A DNA stretch of 62,926 bases, filler included, from Olpidium bornovanus S191 (GCA_017911155.1; 30 parts of 30 records of this genome joined end to end with filler, not necessarily neighbours in it), one strand, 5' to 3'; numbered from the whole stretch's first letter, positions 36,479 to 50,147 are shown. Translations and numbers: made by a program. Notes: generated by a model from the sequence alone, not told the origin.

Positions 36479-37950
36479 CGTGCCGGGGAGTCGGACGCAG
36501 GCGGCAGAGGGGGGATAAAAGGAAAAGCGACAAGGGACTTGGGGGCGCGAAGGGTGGGTGGGGAACGGGGGAGGACGAGCGCCCGTTGCCGTCGGAGAGT
36601 TCCGCCGCCCCCCCCCCCCCCCCCCCCCCCTGGTCCCCCACCGGCGGAAAAATGTAAATAAATGCACCTTACCCATCCCCGCTCCCCCATGACACAGCGC
36701 CAGGTGTCAAATCAACAATCGCAAGGTGACAAATGGCATTCACGACCTGCTGCGCTCGGCCTGCTCGTTGCATGCGGCTTCCAGGGCCCGCCTACTACAT
36801 ACGTCACCCGAACGCCCGTGACAGAGACCCAGCCCGCGAGTGACTTTACTCATAGTGTCGTGATGAGCTGAAACTTCTGTGCCAAAATGCCGCCTTGTGG
36901 CTATCACGTCGTTGGATTTCGCCCACAAAGAGGACTTTCCATGACCGCCGGACGAGTCTCTCGTTTCCCAATTGTCATTACTTCTATATTTGTGTTCGCA
37001 TTAATAAGAATGAGCAGCATCATCTTCGTCACGGCGGTAAACGTTTCGGGTGTTTCCAAANNNNNNNNNNNNNNNNNNNNNNNNNNNNNNNNNNNNNNNN
37101 NNNNTTAATTAATTAANNNNNNNNNNNNNNNNNNNNNNNNNNNNNNNNNNNNNNNNNNNNCATGTCCAAACAATTGCTTGTCACGTGTTTTTTGTTTTTA
37201 CTGCGCAAGCGACAACAAAAAAGGACCGCTTATTCATTCGTAAATTTCAATATGACGTCAAGGGCTTGGAGCGAAGGGGCCTTCTTGAATTCTGTGGAAA
37301 GTCGGTTTTCGGCGACGTGACGGGCGTTTCGCGGTTGTTGGACACGTTGTCAGCACATCGGCGATGGGATTGTCCTCTCTCTGCTATTTATCCGTCACGC
37401 GGCGGACTCGCGGAAGCGGTTCCCAACAAATAGGACGCGGGGGTTTTTTTGCTAGTTTACTTCTATAAGTAGTTTAATCAATGGATTAACAAAATGTAAG
37501 CATAAGACCCTATGTGCTATAGGTTTCTCAAGCTAAAGAACGCAATACGAGCAGGCAGTTCGACCTCGTGGCCAACGCGGCCTGACGCCCAGGTCCTTCC
37601 ACCTCGCCCTGCCCACCAGGAGCAGCCGGCTCGCACACGGAAGGCGCGGGTACAGCTGGGCCACAAACGGACACGGTCCCGTCGAGCGGGGCGTGCAGGA
37701 GGCAAGAACGGGGGCAGTCCAAATGGGACTTGCGTCGAGGAGTAGAACCCTGTTACACGAGCGGCGTGGAACAGCGGCCAGGCGTTAACCGTCTTCGGAA
37801 CACGAAGCTGTCAAGGACACCGCCCACGTGCACCTCCTTGATTACCGTCGAACGCTAGTTGACGGGCTCCTCCCTCCCTCTTCGGTCCGTGTCATTCTGT
37901 GCGCGGCTTGGATCGCAAGGGGCTCCTCCCTTACTCTCTGGTCCACTTGC

Positions 37951-38004
37951 GTGTGTGTGAGTGTGTGCGTGTGTGCGTGTGTGCGTGTGTGTGTGTACGT
38001 GTGT
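37951..38004 (+). repeat. Imperfect (GT)n/(GTGTGC)n microsatellite
   Basis: Read directly. Confidence 0.9.
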
Positions 38005-39063
38005 CGGTGCGTGAGGCGGGCGAGGGAGAAGGCGTCGCGTTTTTTATAAGCCGGCGGAACGAGGAAGTGTGGGAGGAAGGGGGAAAGAGGGAAGGCGCGA
38101 AGGGCCCCCTGCCTGTCCCCCCGCTGCCGCTGCTGCCCATAATCCGGCGCACCGCGTGACCAGCTCCGTGATCACAGGGAGGGAAAGCGCCGGCAGGGGG
38201 CGGCCAAGCGGGCGCCGTTAACCCTGCCTGTGCTGACCGTCTGATTCGGCCACTGCCGTTCTTGAGATGTCACCGCCAGCAGAGGTAACAAAAAAGACTG
38301 CCTCTGTGAACGGTTGAGGGGTCAGGATTGAAAAGCAGTCAAACCTGAAGGCGAATCTTGGCGTCATCTCTGGGATCAACAAAGCAGCGAAGCGCAGTAA
38401 ATTAGACGGGCGCTGAAAACGACGTCGCGGCCCCGATTCGTCCCAACTGTAGTTTTTGCCTATCAAGGGGGGTTTGCCGGCGGCAACAAAAAAGAGCGTC
38501 GCGATTCATTTAGCGCGAAGATTTATTCGGAACTGGTGGTTTTTTTTGGTTTACTGCTATAAATTCTGGTTTATGGTGAGGAGGTTTGGCAGGGTGCACT
38601 GCCCTCGTGGGCCCTTCACGTGGCTCAGGAATAATCGAGCCTTTTTGCTGTGCGCACATCCTGAAGCCGTGTGGGCACAGTTGCAAACGGCTACAGTTGC
38701 CGTGTGGTGGCACGAAAATTTTTCATTTGCTTGCGGGAATCTCTGATATACTCGCGCACAACCGGGCAGAGAAAAATAAAAGGCACCGGTTATCCCTCTG
38801 GAGACTCCGCGGCCGATTCCTCCGTCGCACACACAGTGCCGGGCAGGGTTTGCCGCCGATCATTTTCTTCAAACGAAACCGGCGGGGGNNNNNNNNNNNN
38901 NNNNNNNNNNNNNNNNNNNNNNNNNNNNNNNNTTAATTAATTAANNNNNNNNNNNNNNNNNNNNNNNNNNNNNNNNNNNNNNNNNNNNAAAAAAAAAAAA
39001 AAAAAAAAAGGCGTGCAGGGAAGTTTTATTCCCTGTAAAAAAAAAAAACCGGGGTTGGCAAAA

Positions 39064-39100
<37 letters not shown>

Positions 39101-40086
39101 GAGGCTCCTCCCGGGGAAGCGAGCAAATTATCGGTCCGTCATATTTTGGGCACGTGCCATCCTTCGGCTCGGATTGGCGGACAGGCGGGCGATTACTTGC
39201 ACTTTCAACCAGAGTCCGTTTGCCCTCACGTTTTGAAGAACAAGCCTTGTGTCGAACAGGAGGGCAGGCAGGCCCTTGCCGCCAGCGCGGGGACGGCGCC
39301 GCTCAAAACGCGGGTTCAGGACGAGCGGGCCTTTCCCCCTTCCCATCACAGTTCCTCGCGCGAAAAGCGGCGGGCACGCAAAACCCGCTTTCTTTCGCCG
39401 GCTACGCGGGCTTTTCCGACGCGCTTCAGCTTGCGCGTGCGCAGTCCCTCAATGGGGGGGTCCTCGGACATCGATCGAAGGCCGCGGTACAACGGGTCGA
39501 AAAGCACCGGCCCGATCTGAACTGAAGATTCCTGAAGAAATCTGACAGCAGGATAAGTGCCGCTGTTCGAGCCTTGACGCATTGCCATTCCCGAATGAGT
39601 CCCTTTGAATCCTACAGCCCATTCCACAACTGGTATGCACGCACGCTTGGCGGCCAGCCCACCCAAATGAGGGAGAAGCACCCTCCGCCTCTTCTCAGCT
39701 CCGCACGACTCCAAACAACTGTAAACCAAATCAGAGCCACTCCGAAACACCTCCCTCATTTACCGCCTACTTCTGCCTCCCGCCACCTGAAGAAGCCGCC
39801 CGGCTGATGTTTAAATGCTATCCATTCAGAACTGGTTGCCTGACTCTGGACACATGGAACTCATGTGCTCGCGGCATGGGCAAAACCGTAACCTTCAGGA
39901 ACCACAATCTGAACGTTCTCCGAGAGCACATTGAACGGACCTGTTCCGATGCCAGTGACCAGCCCACCAGGGTGTGTACCCTGCCAGTTTCAGCTGTGCC
40001 TGTCTAGCTGCGTTTATTTCCCCTTTCATTTTATGAGGGAGTAGGCCGACTTCGCGGCGGACCCGCACCGCTGTGTACGGGGTGGT

Positions 40087-40126
40087 TACGGTCACGTGGC
40101 GTGAGGGCTACGGTCACGTGGCGTGA
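40087..40126 (+). promoter_or_regulatory. Tandem duplicated 18-mer TACGGTCACGTGGCGTGA containing GTCACGTG (bHLH E-box/Cbf1-type site), about 170 nt upstream of PRP28
   Basis: Two exact copies at 40087 and 40109; function is inferred only from the motif. Confidence 0.35.
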
Positions 40127-40293
40127 CGCCAAAAGCGAAATGATAACCACTGGAGACCCGAACCTAATGGTGGTTCGGGAATTATTTGCAATTTGTATTT
40201 CCCGCGACCTCCCTCTCCTCCGCACGGCGCTCGCGCCAACGCCGCACTCGCACGCACGGAACGGTGGGATTCGGCAGGGAAAGGCCGCCCAAC

Positions 40294-41752
<1,459 letters not shown>

Positions 41753-42216
41753 NNNNNNNNNNNNNNNNNNNNNNNNNNNNNNNNNNNNNNNNNNNNTTAA
41801 TTAATTAANNNNNNNNNNNNNNNNNNNNNNNNNNNNNNNNNNNNNNNNNNNNCATGATATGGAGTGTCAAAATATTTGTCATTTGTATCTGTTGATAGAC
41901 AATTTAAAGACATTTATTCGAAATGTTGCTCGTGTGACCTATCTAACAAGCCCAAAAACACCTTCTCTGAACTGTTACGCGCCAGGGTACGCCGAACTGA
42001 GCTCGTCCCACGGTCCCTGGGACTTCACGTTGAGCAAGAGAGCGGTGGGTGGCGACCCTGGCGCTACATCTCCGGGGTAGCGAGCGCAGGTCGCCGGGGG
42101 GTCGGCAGATTGTGAGAAGGGGCCGAGGGCGCGGAGCGGGGAAAGAACTCCGGCTGATAACCGAAATCTCAGATTCGGGTGGAGAACGGAAAACGCCAGA
42201 CTTTGCCGTGTGTGAG

Positions 42217-44901
42217 ATGATGACAGCCGCAGCGACCAACGCCCAGGGGCCGTCCCAAGACCAGGCCAACCTGGACACGCACGGCGCTGCCCTTGCCGCG
42301 AACGCCAGCAGCCGCAGCGGCGCCTCCCACAGCTCGCGTCGCGTTGCCTCGGGGCCCGGGCCTGCTACGGGGGACGGCGGAGAAAACCGCGGAGCGCAGG
42401 GCCCTGAACCCACTCACGGGGAAAGCGTTCCAGGCGCTTACTCCATCCACCGCAGGCTATTCCGTCTCATACGCGCTGCGATCTGGCTGGACCCGCCACG
42501 CCGTGTTCGCTTACGTGACCGCGCCGCCTCGAGCGGAGATCAAGGGGAAGCGGGCAATGAGTACTTTGCGGACACTTCCGCTTTCCCGGAGGACCTCCAC
42601 AACAGCGGGTCGCCGTCTTTCGACTCGAGGGACGAGTACGCTACGACCGAAGTGTCGTCGTTCGACGAAGACCTCCCGGAGGCGGGGGGGGGGAAGAGGA
42701 GAAATGGATGCAGGGCGAGCGCTTCGACGCGACCCAAACGGCTGCGACATCTGAAGTCCACTGGCGAGTTCGGCTCTTTGGAGCTCTCTTCCAAGGGGTG
42801 TCTATGTTCGAACAATGTCGTTGACCGCCTGAGGGTCCGAGAGTTGGGGGAGGTAAAACGTTTGTCGAAAGTCGCCCTCGGCAAGGTCAGTTGTTTCGTC
42901 GCGTTCTCGACGTCGCAACTGTGCTTCTGGCTCACGCGCCCTTCGATGGGTCAGATCTACGTCCCCAGCGGTGGTGGCGAGGGGGTGGAGACATACGGTT
43001 CTAGGGCATATTTTGGGCAATTCTCGAAGGACGGGTGAGTTCGTCCAGTGCAGGTTGGTATGTTGGATTTCAAGCGATGCTGTTGACGACGTCTTCATCG
43101 TCCCGAGGCGCGTTATGACCGCCGCTGCTTCGCGAACAGATCTCTGTTCTACTCGTGCACGCAGGTAGCTGGGACCGCCTTCGAGGGTGCTTTACGTTTA
43201 TCTTCTGGTGCTGTTGCTCACGGTGGGCTTTGCATAGGACTACTTACTGCACCTTTACGACACGAGCGATACGCGCCGTATCCGAAAGCGGAAGGTCATC
43301 CAGTGTCACGAGGGCCGTTGGACGATCACGGACGCCTCTTTGAGTCCCGACAGCAAGTGGTTGTGCTACTCAAGCATCACTCCCGTATTGTGGATGGTGG
43401 CCTTAAATATGGATGACTTGAACGCTCCACACATTTCTAACGACGTCGTGCAACGCGAGAATGAAAAACACGTCGCGTTTGATCTTTCGCTCGGGGCAAG
43501 TTCCTCGCCATCTCTTTCTTATGGCGGTCCGCTGCATTTTGGGGTTCGTGGTTTCCTTTTATGGCGGAACACTTTTTTGTTGATAGAGTCCAAAACTAAT
43601 CACTAGTGTCCTGTTTCGCTTTGCGAAACATAACTTAGCTCTGGTCTGTCCGATATTCGGGCGATGGCCGCGAGATAGTGGCCGGAGCGAGCGATGCAAA
43701 CATTTACGGTATGTCTGCTATCACGCTTAATCCCGAGACGAATTTATGTGACAAGTTGACGTAAACCTTACATGATCAAGTCTATGACATCGAGGCTCGA
43801 AGAGGATTGCATAGAATCTCGGGACACACCGACGACGTCAACGCGGTATGCTTTGCCGAGGCAGCTGCGACGAATGTCCTGCTAAGTGTGCGTCACTCCT
43901 CCATGTAGTTTTGAACGATAGGTACATCAGCGTGGCGTGCTCACAAGGGAATCACTACACTGACGTGTTTTACAGGGTTCAGATGATACCACGATCAAAG
44001 TCTGGTCCGTATAGCACGTGCCTTGGCTTTAAGCCCATCCTTAACCGCGGACCTAGTGTTATGTTGCCTGCTGACATACGACTGCGTGCCTCCGGTGATT
44101 TGAAGGGATCGGCGGTCGATTGGGATTAACGAAGGAGAACCGTGCGGAGCACTGGCTGGCCATACTGAAGGAATTACTCACGTCGCTAGCAAAGGAGACG
44201 GCCGGTATTGTCTCAGCAACGGAAAAGACCAGCAGATGAAATTGTGGTACGTACCGGGCTCGGGAGTCGGCTGTTTTCAGGACGTCAGGCCCGCCCCCAT
44301 GTGAAATCGTTGACATCGTTGTGTCCTGGTTGGGCATCTTTTCCGTGACGCCAGGGACATCCGAATGATGCACTCAGCCAGCAAATTTGCTAAGGTGAAC
44401 AAGGATTTCCGGTGTGACTGGGATTATCGATTTATGAACTACCCCGGCAATCCTTGTTTTCGGCACCCGCATGACGTGAGCGTCATGACGTTTCGCGGAC
44501 ACTCTGTTCTCAAGGTATGTATATGCTGATTTGGCACATTGGTTGCCCTCCGTGTTGTTGCGCCCGAATTCTACAAAGCCTCCGCCCATGATTACATTAC
44601 TTGATTGCTGATGAGACGGCGTGTCGGCACAGACTCTTATCCGATGTGGTTTCAGCCCGACGTCAACCACGGGACAAGCGTGGTTGTACTCAGGTTCCGA
44701 GAGCGGGCAGGTGCACATCTATGACGTAACGGGACGGATAGTCCGGACGTTGGACGTATCAGAAGCGGGACGTGACGGCAGGCTGTCGCGCACTTCGTCT
44801 GCGGATCTGTGGGCCTCCGACCCGGACGTGCGGATCGGCCCGCCGAGGCGGGTGGTGCGCCATCTTCCGGTCGTCCGCGACGTCGCGTGGCACCCTCATG
44901 A
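42217..44901 (+). CDS. DCAF11: WD40 DDB1-CUL4 substrate receptor DCAF11/WDR23 (LEC14B homolog; 3' partial, spliced)
   Basis: YGSRAYFGQFSKDG; GRWTITDASLSPDSKWLCYSS; WSVRYSGDGREIVAG; GHTDDVNAVCF; GHTEGITHVASKGDGRYCLSNGKDQQMKLW; DWDYR...HPHDVSVMTFRGHSVLK|TLIRCGFSP...YSGS; VRDVAWHP. Start codon uncertain (42049 or 42217). Confidence 0.94.
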
Positions 44902-45001
44902 NNNNNNNNNNNNNNNNNNNNNNNNNNNNNNNNNNNNNNNNNNNNTTAATTAATTAANNNNNNNNNNNNNNNNNNNNNNNNNNNNNNNNNNNNNNNNNNN
45001 N

Positions 45002-45700
45002 CATGGCCTCGAACTTCTTCATAATCGCCTCGACGGACTCGTCGTCCTCCACGTAACCGACATAGTGCTCGTTGCTTAGACGAGACGGCATTTCGGGACG
45101 CAGAAAAAGTAGAAGAAGGGAAGGATATTCAGTTTTTCTAATCGACCGCGGGACGTGGGGCAGGGAGAAACCGTGGTCTGCCGTATTGGAGGAAATCCAA
45201 ACAGCGGGCGAATCGGCAGGTGTGCCCGACAGCGAGAGCGGTTCCGAGACGCGAGGCAAAGGGAATCACGCGTCGGAGTTGGGCGATCGACGCGAGATCA
45301 AAAAATCAAAGGGTTCCGCAGGAGGATGCAACCGAAAAAAAATTCCTGTAAGCGTCGGCTCTTTACCTGACTTTCGGCACGGTTTTCCTGTTTTTCTTCG
45401 AGACTGCGACGCGCTTGGCGCGGAAACCGATGTTGGCGACTTCGGCCACTGCGAAAGCGTCGGCCACAGGGCCGTTGGCAACATCGTGAACGGCCGACCA
45501 ACTCCCCTGGGGCTCGTTGGAAATCTGGTACTCGGCAACGTTTTCCGCTTCGCAGGCGACAGCGGGCGATTTCTCCCCGTCCGCGTCCAAGCTGCTCGCG
45601 GAGCCCGCTCGCCCAGCCGGCCGTGCGTCGCTCCGCGCCATGCAGTAGACCTGGTGGGGCCGGCTTTCGAGGCGACGATTCGTTGTCGCCCAACGGCCGG
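45002..45700 (-). CDS. Hypothetical protein fragment with acidic motif NEHYVGYVEDDESVEAIMKKFEAM
   Basis: Exon ending KNRKTVPKV with a GTAAAG donor near 45366, joined to a TAAG acceptor near 45076; family not identified. Confidence 0.5.
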
Positions 45701-47390
45701 GCTGCGAGGGAGGCCTAGGCGAGGAGAGGAGGAGGCGGACTGCCGCAAACCGTTCGGCCGGCCGGGTGGAGGGGGGAAGGGCGACGGGCGACGGCCTCAG
45801 CAGCGTCCTGCGGGCCTTTCGTGCAAAACACGGCGTCTTCGAGCCGCCGGCCTCGTTCCCTCGTTCCCGAGGCTGGGCAATCAAAATTTCCGTGTTTTTT
45901 CCGACTGGACCGGGCGAGAGAGAGAAAGAAAGACACACCGAGAGAGAACGGAGCTGCAATCAAACCAAACCTTTCCACTTGCGCTGACACTCACACACGC
46001 CCACAAGACTACCTTCTGCGCGCCATTTGAACTACACGCTTCACGAGAAGCGGGCGGCCCAGGCCATAAAGCATGCNNNNNNNNNNNNNNNNNNNNNNNN
46101 NNNNNNNNNNNNNNNNNNNNTTAATTAATTAANNNNNNNNNNNNNNNNNNNNNNNNNNNNNNNNNNNNNNNNNNNNGCGCCTCCCTTCTCGCGTGGCCCG
46201 CGCGCCTCAAACGTTTCGAGGCCCCTTACAAAACCGCTTCCCCCCCCCCCCCCCCCCCCCCCCCCTTCCCCCCCCCCCTCCCACGAGGTTTTGGAAGTTT
46301 GACAAGGTCTCGCGCCTAGGAGATTTGCAGGGAATGATTGCAATGCAGGAAGACGCGCTCTAGGCCGGCCAAGTCCGTCACTGTGGGCGACTGCGCGCGA
46401 ACCCGTTGCGATAATATCTCCCAGCGAACCCCAGGTCGTTGCATCGGGCCGTCGGTATCTTCCTGTTTAACGCTTTCCAAAATTTTGTTTTTGCCCTTTC
46501 CTCAAATTCTTTGTTTTTTGCTCCTTTAAAATTTCTTCGTTTTCGGCTACTTTTGCCCTAGCTTTCTCGAGTGCCGCCAACCTTTCAGGACTAAAGTGTC
46601 TTACGTTTATCTGGGATAGTGCTCATTTTACTTTTACACAGAATATTTTTTTTCCTGAGTATCCAGCCTGATTTTTTCTACAAGTTTCTCTCGATTTTTG
46701 GCATCTGGATTATTCAAATTTATCTTTTTTTTGTCTTGATGGTTGTGGAGTGGTTGCTGGAGTTTCGACCAACCTTTGTTGCTCGAAGGAGGTATCAGGG
46801 TAATAATCATCATATTCAGTGAAGGACGTGGCTCTGCTGCGGCTGCGAACGTTTTCAAGATTCTCGCACATTTTAATTTTGGTAGCTAATAAAAAAAATG
46901 CCGCTTTATCCGAGTGGAACGTCGTACCAAAAGCCTCATGTCCCCAAGCCTCATCAAATTCGAAAAAGAATTCCGCTTAAGCAACCATGGAGCCACACAG
47001 AGCCACCGGCTCTTGCACCTCAAAACGTGCGAAAGTTCCTGGAATTTCACAAATAAAAGAGCCTACAATTTATGACCAGAATAACCCCAATCATCAAACA
47101 GGTAGAAGGGCTTACTACTACAACCCTTTGATAACAGAGGAAGTTAGGCAACGAGGCGCAGCCGGCAGCTACCCCATGCCAAATTTTGATACATCACAAC
47201 CCCATAAAGAGCAGCACCCGCGTAAAATTCCTCAACCAAACTACACACTTGCTGGTTATAGTCTTAATCCAGAACCCCAATCAAACGAAAATGTGGTGAT
47301 TAAACACAAACCAAAAAAGAGAGGTACAACCCCGTTGGAAACAAAAAATCACTTAAAGCTTTCGTTAAGACAAGACAAATTTGGATGAAT

Positions 47391-48582
47391 TGTCGTCATA
47401 TACGGCCTGTAATCGAGGACAACGAGAAAACCCCAGGGGAGCGGAAAATACAAAACAAAAGGCGGAAAACCAAACGATAGGTTATGAGCCCAACGGGACT
47501 CTGACGCTCCCGCCGCCTCCGCCGCTGCGCTCCCTCCATCCGCGCGCCGCGCGCCGCGCGCCGCAACCGCCGCCCGCCGCGCAACCGCCGCCCGCCGCGC
47601 AACCGCCGCCCGCCGCGCAACCGCCGCCCGCCGCGCAACCGCCGCCCGCCGCGCAACCGCCGCCCGCCGCGCAACCGCCGCCCGCTGCGCGCCCGCCGCC
47701 TCCGCCGCTGCGCGCCCATCGCCGCCGCCGCGCCGCCACCGCTGCGCGCCCGCCTCGCCGTCACTGGGCAACCGCCGTCACCGCTGCGCGCCTGCCTCGC
47801 CGTCGCCGGGCAACCGCTGTCGCCGCTGCGCGCCCGCCGCCGCCGCGCCGCCGCCGCGCCGCCACCGCTGCGTGCCCGCCTCGCCGTCACCGGGCAACCG
47901 CCGTCACCGCTGCGCGCCCGCCTCGCCGCCGCTCATCACCGCTGCGCGCCCGCCGCTGCGCGTCGCCGCAACCGCCGGCGCCGCTCGCCAACCATGGCGA
48001 CCAGATCTCGTGTGCCATTTCCTCACCAAGAGGAAGGAGAAAGTGACTACAGCTTCTACATCAGGCTGGCAGCCGCCGCCACGGCAGCAGCAGCCGCCGC
48101 CACGGCAGCAGCAGCCGCCGCAAGTGTCTCAAGGCCCTCCGGTGACCGCTCGACACGTCAAAAAAGTGCTGGGCAGCGCTCTTGTTCTCAAGGAGAAAAC
48201 ACGTCGAGTACCCCAAGGTACACGCCGGAAACGTCACCAGGGCTCTCTCTACCTCCGCCGGCACCTGCTCGGCTCGCCCCGACCGTCAAGCTCCACTGTT
48301 CTCACGCGGAGAAGATGCCAGGGGAGTTCAACGCGACTCCTGCCGCTAAGGCCGTCACCGAGATGCCTGTTACTGCGCAGCAAGAGAACGGATTCCAGTT
48401 TAAAAGCAGTGTTCGTCGAGCGCGTCTTCACCGTGATTACTTGTGTCTCCTTGTCCCATACGGCGCGGTCGACGCCGTGGTCCGCCGCCCACGCCAGCGT
48501 GGCGAGGAGGTGGGCCCCCACCTGCTCGGGGGTCGCCTGTTCCTGTTTCGTTTACAACATGCGGTCAGCCGCAGACCGCGAA
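47391..48582 (+). mobile_element. Putative LTR retroelement 5' end: short LTR candidate 47391-47479, half-tRNAiMet PBS 47480-47491, GC-rich leader and possible Gag-like ORF from 47994
   Basis: TGTCGT...ACGATA near-inverted termini directly followed by GGTTATGAGCCC; shares 12- and 13-mers with the LTR at 50815-51158; the ORF begins MATRSRVPFPHQEEGESDYSFYIRL. Confidence 0.5.
47563..47990 (+). repeat. GC-rich minisatellite: 7 copies of GCAACCGCCGCCCGCCGC (47563-47688) followed by degenerate related units
   Basis: 18-bp units start at 47563, 47581, 47599, 47617, 47635, 47653 and 47671. Confidence 0.92.
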
Positions 48583-48682
48583 NNNNNNNNNNNNNNNNNN
48601 NNNNNNNNNNNNNNNNNNNNNNNNNNTTAATTAATTAANNNNNNNNNNNNNNNNNNNNNNNNNNNNNNNNNNNNNNNNNNNN

Positions 48683-49430
48683 AGGCGGGCCCGTCGGCGG
48701 CTCAGGCGGGCCCGTCGGCGGCTCAGGCGGGCCCGTCGGCGGCTCAGGCGGGCCCGTCGGCGGCTCAGGCGGGCCCGTCGGCGGCTCAGGCGGGCCCGTC
48801 GGCTGCCCGGCCGGGCCCATCGGCTGTTTGGGATGGCCCATCGGCTGCTCGGGCGGGCCCATCTGCTGCTCGGGCGGGCCCGTCGGCTGCTCGGGCGGGC
48901 CCGTCGGCGGCTCCGGCGGGCCCGTCGGCGGCTCAGGCGGGCCCGTCGGCGGCTCAGGCGGGCCCGTCGGCGGCTCAGGCGGGCCCTTCGGCTGCTTGGG
49001 ATCGCCCATCGGCGGCTCAGGCGGGCCCATCGGCTGCCCGGCCGGGCCCATCGGCTGTTTGGGATGGCCCATCGGCTGCTCGGGCGGGCCCATCGGCTGC
49101 TCGGGCGGGCCCGTCGGCTGCTCGGGCGGGCCCGTCGGCGGCTCCGGCGGGCCCGTCGGCGGCTCAGGCGGGCCCGTCGGCGGCTCAGGCGGGCCCTTCG
49201 GCTGTTTGGGATCGCCCATCGGCGGCTCAGGCGGGCCCATCGGCTGCCCGGCCGGGCCCGTCGGCTGTTTGGGATGGCCCATCGGCTGCCCGGGCGGGCC
49301 CATCGGCGGCTCAGGCGGGCCCATCGGCTGTTTGGGATGGCCCATCGGCGGCTCAGGCGGGCCCATCGGCGGCTCAGGCGGGCCCATCGGCGGCTCAGGC
49401 GGGCCCATCGGCTGCCCGGGCGGGCCCATT
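48683..49430 (-). repeat. 21-bp coding tandem repeat (e.g. GGGCCCGTCGGCGGCTCAGGC on +), with higher-order block duplication
   Basis: Read directly; the variant units (HPKQ, DPKQ, PAGQ) recur in the same order in successive blocks. Confidence 0.95.
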
Positions 49431-49925
49431 TCAGGCATACCCATCGGCCCCATCACCGGCTGCGCGGGCTGGCCCATGTTAGGCATACCCATCGGCTGCG
49501 CAGGCTGGCCCATCCAAGGCATACCCATTGGCTGCCAAGGCTGGCCCATCATCCCCGCCGGCTGCATAGGCTCGGCCATCATCATTCCCGGCGCGCCGCC
49601 CATCATCATTCCTTATGGAGGAGGCCAAAAATGGAAAAAGAATCAGCGTGTTAGAAAGTCGACCCAAAACGGGCCGGGGGGGGGGGGGGGGGGGGGCGGG
49701 GGGGGGGGGGGGGGGGGGGGGTGGAGAGTCGGGGTCAAAAAAAATACCCGGAATCCAGTTCCTCACCTCCCGCCTTTTTCTTCTGCGACTGCGGCGCCTT
49801 GACCGTCTTCTTGTACACGACGGTTTTGGTGGGCGCCGGCACGTCGACGGTGTGCACTTTGGTCACGTACACCGTCTCCGGCGGCTGGGTCACGTACACC
49901 GTGGTGTAGACTTTCTGCGTCTCGG
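48683..49925 (-). CDS. Repetitive Pro/Gly/Met-rich structural protein (partial at both ends), candidate wall or secreted protein
   Basis: Exon KVYTTVYVTQPPETVYVTKVHTVDVPAPTKTVV...KKKAG with a GTGAGG donor joins in phase 1 to GMMMGGAPGMMM..., then about 35 heptads of the PPEPPTG/PPEQPMG/HPKQPMG type; open to the contig end. Confidence 0.75.
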
Positions 49926-49973
49926 GGGGCAGTTTAACGAACTTTTACCCGCGCCCGCCGCGTGTCGCGGGTG

Positions 49974-50036
<63 letters not shown>

Positions 50037-50147
50037 CGCGGCGCGGGNNNNNNNNNNNNNNNNNNNNNNNNNNNNNNNNNNNNNNNNNNNNTTAATTAAT
50101 TAANNNNNNNNNNNNNNNNNNNNNNNNNNNNNNNNNNNNNNNNNNNN

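Noticed and set aside
37161-38888. Short ORFs in this contig
   Set aside because: No recognisable domain or consistent exon chain; probably UTR, promoter or intron sequence.
48828-49802. Plus-strand ORFs (GGSGGPV)n and (RRLRRA)n
   Set aside because: They are antisense shadows of the 21-bp array; only the minus-strand frame has a coherent splice junction.
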